Positions 45,548 through 53,197 of a stretch of DNA of 56,170 nt are shown here, piece by piece. The notes under the pieces were generated by a model. It was not told the origin of the DNA and did no database searches. It saw nothing but the letters and a program-made list of their open reading frames with translations. A program made the position numbers and the translations under genes. The number at the start of each line of letters is the position of its first letter. The first letter of the stretch is position 1. The stretch is from a candidate division WWE3 bacterium RIFOXYD1_FULL_43_17 (GTDB lineage: Bacteria > Patescibacteriota > WWE3 > UBA101185 > UBA10185), in assembly GCA_001773385.1 (NCBI GenBank), contig MEWJ01000059.1:1-56170 (forward strand), written 5' to 3'.

Positions 45548-47659
45548 ATGGTACTCTGCCACAGATGCGGGCAACGTCCTGCAAAATATCCAATAAATCA
45601 GATTGTGGACGGCAAGCAAGTCTACATGGCTCTGTGTGAAGTATGCTACGAAGAAGTTGTAAAAGAGACGTCTCAATCCGCTTCAAAACTAGATAAATAT
45701 GGCCGCGATCTTACCCAATTAGCCAGGGAAGGTAAACTTGACCCTGTTATCGGACGAAAAAACGAAATCGAGCGCGTCATTCACATCCTTTCTAGAAGAA
45801 CAAAAAATAACCCCGTGCTTATCGGAGACCCCGGTGTCGGTAAAACAGCTATAGTTGAGGGTTTGGCCCAAAAGATCGTTAACGGACAGGTTCCGGAGCC
45901 TTTAAGAGGCAAACGTGTGTTCATGCTCGATTTAGCTTCAATAATCGCGGGTACTTCTCACAGAGGCATGTTCGAGGGACGCTTGAAGGACATAATAACC
46001 GAGGTCATTTCGGCAAGCGGTCAGATAATCCTTTTCGTTGACGAGCTTCATACTGTTATCGGAGCCGGTAGTGCAGAAGGATCGATGGATGCCGCAAATA
46101 TACTTAAACCGGCCCTTGCAAGAGGTGAATTACAGATGGTAGGTGCTACTACAATAGACGAGTACAGAAAGTATGTTGAAAGGGACGCCGCACTTGAGCG
46201 CCGTTTCCAACCTATTATGGTAAATGAACCGACCGCCGAAGATACTGTTGAAATTCTCAGAGGATTAAGAGAGCGCTACGAATCCCATCATAATGTAAAA
46301 ATAACTGACGACGCCATAGCCGCCGCTGTTAAAATGAGCGACCGCTATGTTTCTGATCGCTTTTTACCCGATAAGGCAATTGACCTGATTGACGAAGCAT
46401 GCGCGATGGTCCGTTTGTCCCAGGTAAAAGAGCCTGAAAATTTAAGAACTGTTGAGGAAGAAATTTCGAAATTAAAAAATGATGCAAGGAAAAATAAAAT
46501 CAGTGACGAAGAAAAAGAATCGTTAAAGAAAAAGACGGAAGAACTTGAAAAAATAAAATCGGAGCTTGTTGAAATCTGGACAAAAACCAAACTCGAGGAG
46601 ATTCCCGATGTAACCGAAGACGCTGTTATAAAAGTAGTTTCGCGTGCTACCGGAATTCCCCTTGAAAAACTTAATGTTGTTGAGCGCGAGCGATTATTAA
46701 ATCTGGAAAATACTATAAAAAATAGAGTTGTAGGTCAGGACAAAGCAATAGGTGTTTTGTCGGAAGCGATAAGAAGAGCCAGGGCAGGGCTAAAAGACCC
46801 GAAAAGGCCGATCGGATCATTTTTGTTCTTAGGTCCCACCGGTGTTGGAAAAACTGAACTGGCAAAGACATTAGCCGAAGCTTTATACGGAGACGAAGAC
46901 ATGATTGTCCGCCTGGATATGAGTGAGTACATGGAAAAGCATTCAGTAAGTAAATTGATAGGGGCGCCTCCCGGATATGTGGGATACGAGCAGGGTGGCC
47001 AATTGACCGACGTAGTGAGAAGAAAACCTTTTTCCGTAATACTGCTGGATGAGATAGAGAAAGCTCACCCCGACACATTTAATGCCTTACTTCAAATTAT
47101 GGAAGATGGGCGTTTAACTGACAGCAAAGGAAGGACGGTTGATTTTAAAAACACTATAGTAATACTTACGTCCAACGTTGGTTCCGAACTGCTAAGAAGA
47201 AAAGATATAGGCTTTATCGAAGACAAGAACAAGTCTCACGATGAGGTAGCAATAGCTGCCGACAGAAGAATATTTGGAATTTTGAAGGATTCGTTTAAGC
47301 CGGAGTTTTTAAATAGAATTGATGAAATCGTAGTATTCACCAGCCTGGGAAAAGAGGATATCAGGGAAATAACCCTGAGAATGCTTGATAAAACAAGGAA
47401 GATGTTAGCTGAACAGCAGCTTACGCTGGAGGTTTCGGCTAAGGCGGTAGACTACCTGGTAGAGAATGGGTATAGCGAAGAATACGGGGCAAGGCCGCTC
47501 AGGAGGTTAATCCAGACCGAAGTGGAAAACGCCATATCTAGCAAAATAATAGCAGCTGAAACATCAGAGGGGGACTTGGTAGAAATCGACGTTTCGCCAG
47601 GAGCTGGCTTAGCGATGGAGGTAAAAAAACCCGCGAAGGTGTCCTCAAAAAAGAAATAA
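45548..47659 (+). CDS. ClpC/ClpB-family double-AAA+ chaperone with an N-terminal Cys4 zinc ribbon
   Basis: Walker A motifs [13 protein letters not shown] and [12 protein letters not shown], a short coiled-coil middle region, and an IGF tripeptide (KDIGFIEDK) at the expected ClpP-docking loop. The N-terminus is CHRCG..x24..CEVCYEE instead of Clp_N repeats. Confidence 0.88.
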   Translation: MVLCHRCGQRPAKYPINQIVDGKQVYMALCEVCYEEVVKETSQSASKLDKYGRDLTQLAREGKLDPVIGRKNEIERVIHILSRRTKNNPVLIGDPGVGKTAIVEGLAQKIVNGQVPEPLRGKRVFMLDLASIIAGTSHRGMFEGRLKDIITEVISASGQIILFVDELHTVIGAGSAEGSMDAANILKPALARGELQMVGATTIDEYRKYVERDAALERRFQPIMVNEPTAEDTVEILRGLRERYESHHNVKITDDAIAAAVKMSDRYVSDRFLPDKAIDLIDEACAMVRLSQVKEPENLRTVEEEISKLKNDARKNKISDEEKESLKKKTEELEKIKSELVEIWTKTKLEEIPDVTEDAVIKVVSRATGIPLEKLNVVERERLLNLENTIKNRVVGQDKAIGVLSEAIRRARAGLKDPKRPIGSFLFLGPTGVGKTELAKTLAEALYGDEDMIVRLDMSEYMEKHSVSKLIGAPPGYVGYEQGGQLTDVVRRKPFSVILLDEIEKAHPDTFNALLQIMEDGRLTDSKGRTVDFKNTIVILTSNVGSELLRRKDIGFIEDKNKSHDEVAIAADRRIFGILKDSFKPEFLNRIDEIVVFTSLGKEDIREITLRMLDKTRKMLAEQQLTLEVSAKAVDYLVENGYSEEYGARPLRRLIQTEVENAISSKIIAAETSEGDLVEIDVSPGAGLAMEVKKPAKVSSKKK

Positions 47660-47698
47660 TTGATATTACGGGTTTAATTTGCTATCCTAGCACAGTCT

Positions 47699-48232
47699 AT
47701 GGCCGATAAAGATCAAGATACAACTAAACAAGACGATACAGCTCAACAGGATATGCCTGTAGAAGAAACCGTTGTCGAAGCGCCCGTGCCGGAGGAAACA
47801 GCAGCCGAAGCTCCTGCGGTTGAGACTGAGGAAGAAAAGCTCGAAGAAGCCATCGAAGAGAAGGTCGAGGAAGAGTCCAAAGCAGCCGAAGAAGAGTTGA
47901 AGACAGTTTCAAAGGAAGAACCCAGGATTCCTGAATTCAGGGTCGGTGATACCATACGCGTCTTCTACAAAATTATCGAAGGTGAAAAAATGAGAATCCA
48001 ACCGTTCGAAGGTATCGTAATCTCATTTAGAGGTTCTGATATTTCAAAAACTTTCACAGTAAGAAGAATCGGTGCCGACCAGGTAGGAGTAGAAAGAATA
48101 CTTCCTTTACACTCACCTAATATAGAAAAAATAAAAGTAATGAAAAAAGGTAACGTTAGAAGAGCTAAACTATTTTACTTAAGAGACAAAGTCGGTAGAG
48201 AAGCAATGAGAGTCAGAGAAGCCAAGAAATGA
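47699..48232 (+). CDS. rplS: 50S ribosomal protein L19 with an acidic N-terminal extension
   Basis: The C-terminal 115 aa are canonical L19 ([35 protein letters not shown]). About 60 aa of E/A/T-rich extension precede them. Confidence 0.9.
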   Translation: MADKDQDTTKQDDTAQQDMPVEETVVEAPVPEETAAEAPAVETEEEKLEEAIEEKVEEESKAAEEELKTVSKEEPRIPEFRVGDTIRVFYKIIEGEKMRIQPFEGIVISFRGSDISKTFTVRRIGADQVGVERILPLHSPNIEKIKVMKKGNVRRAKLFYLRDKVGREAMRVREAKK

Positions 48233-48265
48233 TTCTTTAGTAAAAGTGTTCCTTTAGTAAAAGTA
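48233..48265. repeat. Two tandem copies of a 16/17-nt unit (TTCTTTAGTAAAAGTG / TTCCTTTAGTAAAAGTA)
   Basis: Read directly from the sequence. It starts at the first nucleotide after the rplS stop. Confidence 0.8.
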
Positions 48266-48363
48266 ATTTCCGTTAGATTAAAATATTATTATCATCTTTG
48301 TTAGTATGATGTTGTTTTGACTTTTGCAAAAAAGTTTGGTAACATTTCTACAATTAAATATAG

Positions 48364-48407
48364 AACGACCACACGAAGATTTTCTTCAACAGGGGGTCGT
48401 TTTTTTT
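48364..48407 (+). terminator. Intrinsic terminator or attenuator hairpin
   Basis: Stem AACGACC (48364-48370) with GGTCGTT (48395-48401), an inner GAAG/CTTC pairing, followed by T8. Confidence 0.55.
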
Positions 48408-48429
48408 GAACCCAAAAGGGAGGGAGCTG

Positions 48430-48783
48430 ATGATACGGAAAATTTTGAAGTGTTTGTTTAAAAGCGGATCCTCCGCCGGGCAGTTTAAAAATTTATATTC
48501 AACTTCTGAGGCTGGTTTAAATACCGGAAAGGCTAGGGATTCAATGGCAACGCTGGCTGATAAGTCCGTAAAGGACATTTTGGATATCACTTTGGCACAA
48601 AGCTGGGTAAGGAGTCACTATCCTCAAGTACTGCCATCCGATAGTGCAATTCGCCTAAACCGCGCGGAAGCTGAACGTCCTGTGGATCATGTTTCAAACC
48701 CATACTCCGAAAAAGTTGGTGGGTCCGGAAGTAGCGGTGGGAAACTGACCAAAAATCTTAAGAGAAAGTTGCGCGGTAAGTAA
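48430..48783 (+). CDS. Hypothetical 117-aa protein with a basic tail
   Basis: SD GGGAGGGAG (48418-48426) before ATG 48430, and a strong terminator downstream. No recognisable domain. Confidence 0.45.
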   Translation: MIRKILKCLFKSGSSAGQFKNLYSTSEAGLNTGKARDSMATLADKSVKDILDITLAQSWVRSHYPQVLPSDSAIRLNRAEAERPVDHVSNPYSEKVGGSGSSGGKLTKNLKRKLRGK

Positions 48784-48792
48784 GTTACGTTA

Positions 48793-48840
48793 GGGGACAG
48801 CACACATTCTTAACGAAGAATGCTGTCCCCGATATTTTTT
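48793..48840 (+). terminator. Intrinsic terminator
   Basis: Near-continuous hairpin GGGGACAGCA..ATTCTT-AACG-AAGAAT-GCTGTCCCC, followed by a T6 run. Confidence 0.75.
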
Positions 48841-48868
48841 ACATTGAAAGTATTTTAGTTTGGTGAGC

Positions 48869-48913
48869 AAAAAAATCCGGCGCTTTCAGTTTGTAAAAAC
48901 CTGATTGCGCCGG
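48869..48913 (-). terminator. Intrinsic terminator, copy 1 of a duplicated terminator module
   Basis: Stem CCGGCGC (48877-48883) with GCGCCGG (48907-48913), an extended inner stem, and a minus-strand T7 run. About 88% identical to 49382-49425. Confidence 0.65.
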
Positions 48914-48919
48914 CCTTGG

Positions 48920-49291
48920 CTAAGACAGTTGTTTCCCTACAATTTCGCTGTCGACCTTTAATGCTTTCTCGATCGCCTCGAATAACTTAGGTTCAATTGT
49001 GTTCCAGCTGTAACTCATGTTTCTTAAAATAGTTACGGAATGTAAATCCACAACTATAAAAGTAACGCCGCTGATATTTTTTACAATCTCGTTTACCAGA
49101 CACGTGCAGACCTGGCCTAGGTATTTCAAGCCAACATCTTCCGCCTGGGGAAAATCCACAGGCCACGACATCGTATCGAAAGCGTTCCTTTCTCCGAATT
49201 CGGACAAGATAAGTTTTGTTGTGTAAACACGCATTTCGTCTCTCAGCCCGATACTTTTCACGTCGACTTCAAGTATAGCTTGTGTGGCCAT
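48920..49291 (-). CDS. Hypothetical 123-aa protein, distant paralogue of 49431-49778 (possibly an Nfu_N-like fold)
   Basis: The C-terminal third aligns by eye with its neighbour (F..V....SV.L......W..IE...F..I..A). That pattern, hydrophobic strand-SV-x-K/R...W..I(E/K)..I...I, recalls Nfu/NifU N-terminal domains. Weak call. Confidence 0.5.
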   Translation of the reverse strand: MATQAILEVDVKSIGLRDEMRVYTTKLILSEFGERNAFDTMSWPVDFPQAEDVGLKYLGQVCTCLVNEIVKNISGVTFIVVDLHSVTILRNMSYSWNTIEPKLFEAIEKALKVDSEIVGKQLS

Positions 49292-49381
49292 GTTCTCTCC
49301 TTTTGAACGCCTGCCTTTATTTGAGACCGGTTTTTATCTGATTTGGTGGAATTGTATCACAAGAGTGAAGGCTGTCTATTT

Positions 49382-49425
49382 AAAAAAATCCGGCGCTCTA
49401 AGTTTATAAAACTTGATTGCGCCGG
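49382..49425 (-). terminator. Intrinsic terminator, copy 2 of the duplicated module
   Basis: Stem CCGGCGC (49390-49396) with GCGCCGG (49419-49425), inner stem AAGTTT/AAACTT, and a minus-strand T7 run. Confidence 0.65.
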
Positions 49426-49430
49426 TTGAT

Positions 49431-49778
49431 CTACCAGTTCTTGGTACGGTAAGCTGCTGCTCCAAATGCAGTTTGGATGTCAAGAAAAACCAGCTGCTCG
49501 ATTGCTGTCCAATCCCTCCCCCGTTTTTTAGAAAGACCCACGGAATTGTATGTTAAGTAGACAAAATCTAGTGACTCGATTTTGTTTAACATAGTTATGA
49601 GGGAAGCTCCGATTGGCCCAATATCAGATACAAGTTTACTGTTTTTAACATTCCCGAGCGGTAATGTGTAAATCTTGTGGGGCACCCGAGAAATCTTTCG
49701 GTCTGTGTAGTATTCCCTGTACAGGACATTTACAGAATCTTTCCGAATCTTGATTTCAATAGTATCGTTTTTAGTCAT
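49431..49778 (-). CDS. Hypothetical 115-aa protein, distant paralogue of 48920-49291
   Basis: See 48920-49291. SD-like AAGGAGATAAG lies upstream of the ATG on the minus strand. Confidence 0.5.
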   Translation of the reverse strand: MTKNDTIEIKIRKDSVNVLYREYYTDRKISRVPHKIYTLPLGNVKNSKLVSDIGPIGASLITMLNKIESLDFVYLTYNSVGLSKKRGRDWTAIEQLVFLDIQTAFGAAAYRTKNW

Positions 49779-49857
49779 CTTATCTCCTTATCTGGCGCCT
49801 TAATTTTAGACGTGGTTGTATTTGTGAATGCACGCATTCTAGCATAGTGACGGAGAA

Positions 49858-49897
49858 TATAAAAAAGAGGAGATTGGTTTTTGGCCGAATCTCCTCT
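49858..49897 (-). terminator. Intrinsic terminator after the 210-aa secreted-protein gene
   Basis: 10-bp perfect stem (AGAGGAGATT 49866-49875 with AATCTCCTCT 49888-49897) and a minus-strand T6 run. Confidence 0.65.
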
Positions 49898-49934
49898 GAG
49901 TTCAATGCTTGGTCATTTATTTATACGGTCTTAC

Positions 49935-50567
49935 TCAGTGTTGTGTAAAGAATCCTAAACCAGGATCTGTGTAGATAGTTACACCGTGAAAGCCTGCCGC
50001 AGGATCGTTATACACCTCTTCAAGTACATCATAGGATCCCCAAAGAGGACTCTCAGGACCAAAGTACCCGATCTTGACAAAATATGTGTAGTGTTGCAGG
50101 ACACCCGTGGTATCAAGGTAATCGCCATTGACATGGTTTGTTAACCAACCCGAACTGATTCCAGTAGCGGTGCCGTTGATAAGCCCTCTATCGAGCTTGC
50201 GGTCGTTATTGCAGTCAACATTCGACAGCCACTCGTCCGACCATTTCATTTGGAGCTTATCGTCGACATAGTCGCCAGTTGACCCCAAATATTTACCGTC
50301 TAAAACCCTATCAGACGAGTCATACGTACCGTCGAAAAGATGGGCCTGGTAGTTGTACCCGAACTCATCAAAACCGGTCTCAAGCGCATTGCCCGCAGAG
50401 TCCAAAATTAATCCACCCTGGATTTTGTTGCACCCGCTGTTTGACCACGCAGTTTCCGCCCCGGTTACCGGATCAAACCCAACAGGTTTGTCGGCCAAAA
50501 CAGGTGAGACGACCGTTAAGCACACTACGATTGCAAGCATTACCGAAAATAGTCTCTTCGCTTTCAT
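49935..50567 (-). CDS. Secreted hypothetical protein (210 aa)
   Basis: Signal peptide MKAKRLFSVMLAIVVCLTVVSPVLA, followed by a Gly/Asp/Tyr-rich mature region with two Cys. No recognisable domain. Confidence 0.6.
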   Translation of the reverse strand: MKAKRLFSVMLAIVVCLTVVSPVLADKPVGFDPVTGAETAWSNSGCNKIQGGLILDSAGNALETGFDEFGYNYQAHLFDGTYDSSDRVLDGKYLGSTGDYVDDKLQMKWSDEWLSNVDCNNDRKLDRGLINGTATGISSGWLTNHVNGDYLDTTGVLQHYTYFVKIGYFGPESPLWGSYDVLEEVYNDPAAGFHGVTIYTDPGLGFFTQH

Positions 50568-50687
50568 TTTCTCTCCGTTTCAGATAAAAGAATCGATGAA
50601 TCTGCGACCAAGCAGACGCTCACTATAGCACTATTACATTTAAAAAGCCAAGACGGACGCGCCTGCGTAAAGCGGTAAGAGTAGTTT

Positions 50688-50729
50688 AAAAAAAAGCTCC
50701 GTGGGATTTTTTAATTATTCCCCCAGAGC
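50688..50729 (-). terminator. Intrinsic terminator (imperfect stem) after the 101-aa ORF
   Basis: GCTCCGTGGGA (50696-50706) pairs with TCCCCCAGAGC (50719-50729) with two mismatches. The minus-strand T8 run follows. Confidence 0.45.
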
Positions 50730-50750
50730 TTGTTAGAAAAAAATCGTGTC

Positions 50751-51056
50751 TCAATATTTGACTGTCCCCTTACGTAACATTTCCACTAGCACGCGCATAT
50801 TTTTTTGAGTCGTTGTTCCGCAGCTGCTGTAAGTCATGTTTAACAAAGATTCATGTGCGGTTACTAGAGGTTGGAAGATGTCAAACTTGCTGCTCAAAAT
50901 TTCCTCAATTCTTTCTACTCCGCACCTTTTATGCAATTTAGCAAGCTGGACCGCAAAAAATGCAAAACATTCCCTTTCTGCTAATGGCACTTCTCTGGAC
51001 AATCGTGTTACTGTGTTTCTGTACAAGGCCTGATCGACAATTGTTATAGTACCCAC
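50751..51056 (-). CDS. Hypothetical cytoplasmic 101-aa helical protein
   Basis: ORF with the SD-like AAGGAGGAAAA upstream on the minus strand. No recognisable domain. Confidence 0.5.
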   Translation of the reverse strand: MGTITIVDQALYRNTVTRLSREVPLAERECFAFFAVQLAKLHKRCGVERIEEILSSKFDIFQPLVTAHESLLNMTYSSCGTTTQKNMRVLVEMLRKGTVKY

Positions 51057-51133
51057 ATTTTCCTCCTTTGCGACCGATTTCTAACGAAAAGTATAACTTA
51101 CTATAAGGTATTAGGCAAACCATCAGTTTGGGT

Positions 51134-51184
51134 ATAAAAAAAGGGTAACCCTGAGACCAAATTATTGGCTTCAAGATTACCCTT
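51134..51184 (-). terminator. Intrinsic terminator after the PT-rich surface-protein gene
   Basis: Stem AAGGGTAA (51141-51148) with TTACCCTT (51177-51184), an inner CCAA/TTGG hairpin, and a minus-strand T-run. Confidence 0.55.
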
Positions 51185-51194
51185 CGCGAGCAGT

Positions 51195-51242
51195 TAATTT
51201 CCTATATTTACTAATTTCCTATATTTACTAATTTCCTATATT
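51195..51242. repeat. 2.8 tandem copies of the 17-nt unit TAATTTCCTATATTTAC
   Basis: Copies lie at 51195-51211, 51212-51228 and 51229-51242 (partial). The array spans the stop codon and last codons of the 245-aa gene. Confidence 0.9.
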
Positions 51243-51965
51243 CCGGATATATTTTTTAAAACCCAAACATAGGATTAATAAAATCACACTTCCCATTCCC
51301 ACTCCGAGAAGTATTTCATCCCCGTAGGATCTTGCAACAGCAACGGCAAGACTTTTTTCACCATAACCGCTCGTAGCAACAGGCGGTGGTGTTCGGCTTG
51401 GCCGTGGCGGTGCGGGAGTTGAAGTATTTTCCGGCGGTACCGAAGTATTTGTGGGTGTATTCGTCGGTGTTTCGGTAGGCGGAATTTCCGTCGGAGGTAT
51501 CTCTGTCGGTGTTGTCGTAGGTGTGTCGGTTGGAGTTGCGGTAGGGGTCTCCGTCGGCGTCGACGTTGGAGTTTCAGTCGGCGTGTTCGTCGGAGTTGCC
51601 GTTGGTGTGTTGGTGAACGTTGGAGTTGGCTCAGGCGTCTTTAAGACGTCGTACGGGACCAACTCTTGCACTTCGTTTCCACACCAAAACCGCCCTGTGC
51701 CGGGAATATAACTACACCCAGCATCCACTGAGGGGTTGGGTAGCGCGGGGTTAATACAGTAGGCGTTTACAACAAATCCGCCTGCTCCGCCGAGCTCAAA
51801 ACGATGCTGTGAGCCCGATATTCCAGGTACTGCCCCGAAACCAAGGTAGGCCGTAATCCTCCAACCTTGCTCCGGTAAGTCAAAACCTGCGCTGGCTGTG
51901 TTTAACATAGTACCCGCCAGTACAACAAGAACGATTAACACAGTTACCAACTTTAGCTTATTCAT
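51228..51965 (-). CDS. Surface protein: signal peptide, Cys-containing domain, Thr/Pro-rich linker, C-terminal TM and basic tail
   Basis: 245 aa. It has the signal peptide LVTVLIVLVVLAGTMLNTASA, about 75 aa of TPTxTPTETPT repeats, then VATSGYGE.., the TM ILLGVGMGSVILLILCLGF and the tail KKYIRNIGN. Confidence 0.65.
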   Translation of the reverse strand: MNKLKLVTVLIVLVVLAGTMLNTASAGFDLPEQGWRITAYLGFGAVPGISGSQHRFELGGAGGFVVNAYCINPALPNPSVDAGCSYIPGTGRFWCGNEVQELVPYDVLKTPEPTPTFTNTPTATPTNTPTETPTSTPTETPTATPTDTPTTTPTEIPPTEIPPTETPTNTPTNTSVPPENTSTPAPPRPSRTPPPVATSGYGEKSLAVAVARSYGDEILLGVGMGSVILLILCLGFKKYIRNIGN

Positions 51966-52814
51966 TTATTGGCCTCCTCCTTGTTCGAGGACCACAATCA
52001 GCCTCTCTGCTGAATACCACGGGTCGTGGGATGTATCCCGGCCGCTGGTAATGATGACGATGCTTCCGTCATCCAGGGAGATGCCGATAAGTTGGGAAAG
52101 TCCCGATGGATCTAACGACCGTACTAGGCTGAGATCTTCGTTTTTGATGATCCCTGCCCCGGTCAAACGGAGTTCCACAGAAACTTCATTCTGTTTAAGT
52201 ACGACAGCCGAGTTTTGCAGTTCTTCGATTGCCGTGCTCATCCGGCTTTCGGAAAGATCTGTTAGCACATCGTCGCACTCTCCTCCCTCAAAATGTCGTC
52301 GTAGAAACTCACCTTCAAGTTCGGTCCAACCGGACTTTCCGCGGTATCTAAAACAACCCGAATGAGGGTTTACTGTGATACTTCCGAGATCATCTGCCCA
52401 GACCCCTGATTTGTAGATTCCCGGCTTGTAGTCGTCGGGACCGTTCACAGGGATAACAGGAATGAATGAAACGGAAAATGGCTTGTCTGAAACCGGGTAA
52501 AACCATATTTCTATGGTGTCAGAACCGTCGAACATTATTCCCTCAAAATCGTACGGATTTTCGGGTAAGGACGGTTCAAGTATGGTTTCAGACGCCGGAG
52601 TCGGTACAGATAGCGTTGGCTGATTCACAACAACCGGGGTACTCCAAATCGGTTGAAATGGGGTTGGGGTTGGTGTGGGGTCAGGCGCTTTTGCCGACAC
52701 GGACCGTTCACCCGACACAGGTGTCCCATACAAAAATTCTTGAGCAATGGGCATAATCACCTTAAAGTCGAGGAACAACAACAGAGCAAAAATACATAAC
52801 AGAACTTTTTTCAT
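51966..52814 (-). CDS. Membrane-anchored or secreted hypothetical protein (282 aa) abutting the next gene
   Basis: An N-terminal TM or signal sequence, a Pro/Thr linker (PDPTPTPTP), then a domain of about 200 aa. Its stop codon directly abuts the ATG of the 245-aa gene (51966/51965). Confidence 0.6.
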   Translation of the reverse strand: MKKVLLCIFALLLFLDFKVIMPIAQEFLYGTPVSGERSVSAKAPDPTPTPTPFQPIWSTPVVVNQPTLSVPTPASETILEPSLPENPYDFEGIMFDGSDTIEIWFYPVSDKPFSVSFIPVIPVNGPDDYKPGIYKSGVWADDLGSITVNPHSGCFRYRGKSGWTELEGEFLRRHFEGGECDDVLTDLSESRMSTAIEELQNSAVVLKQNEVSVELRLTGAGIIKNEDLSLVRSLDPSGLSQLIGISLDDGSIVIITSGRDTSHDPWYSAERLIVVLEQGGGQ

Positions 52815-52935
52815 CGACCCTCCTAGGCCATTGATAAAATCGGATTTTCAACGTACTTACACTTATCCCCTTGATTGGGGTGTGAATAGCCGCCAGTTTA
52901 CCACGAAACTATAGGTTTGGGAAGTTTGTTCAGGG

Positions 52936-52977
52936 ATAAAAAATCCCGTTCGTTGCTTTGTTAAAGCGCAGAACGGG
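52936..52977 (-). terminator. Intrinsic terminator after the 37-codon ORF
   Basis: Stem CCCGTTC (52945-52951) with GAACGGG (52971-52977) and a minus-strand T-run (ATTTTTTAT). Confidence 0.5.
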
Positions 52978-52988
52978 GGCGGACGTTA

Positions 52989-53102
52989 TTAGGGAATTGG
53001 TTTTTGTTGAATACCAACTCCGGCCACGGTCATGAAGGCGAATGCCAAGATCATCAAAATCACGAAAGCGTACATGCCGACAGTTTTGAGTGTGCGTTTC
53101 AT
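52989..53102 (-). CDS. 37-aa single-TM ORF (MKRTLKTVGMYAFVILMILAFAFMTVAGVGIQQKPIP)
   Basis: Hand-translated. A strong SD (GGAGGGGAG) lies immediately upstream of the ATG, a double stop (TAATAA) ends it, and it has its own terminator. Absent from the ORF track because it is under 60 aa. Confidence 0.45.
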   Translation of the reverse strand: MKRTLKTVGMYAFVILMILAFAFMTVAGVGIQQKPIP

Positions 53103-53197
53103 CTCCCCTCCTTTTCTACATGATTTTCCCCATATTACGGGTCAGGAACAGGTGAGTCAAGGATGCGGGTGGCATTCGTGGAAATTCTTGTTAAACT

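Noticed and set aside
51451-51711. An 86-aa ORF made of GVSVGV repeats.
   Set aside because: It is the antisense reading of the Thr/Pro (ACNCCN) repeat linker of the 245-aa surface protein.
53120-53155. An 11-codon upstream ORF (MIFPILRVRNR) 45 nt before the Erm-like gene, as a possible Erm-type leader peptide or attenuator.
   Set aside because: There is no SD in front of it; the purine-rich tract there belongs to the minus-strand small ORF. I also could not find the alternative hairpins required for translational attenuation.
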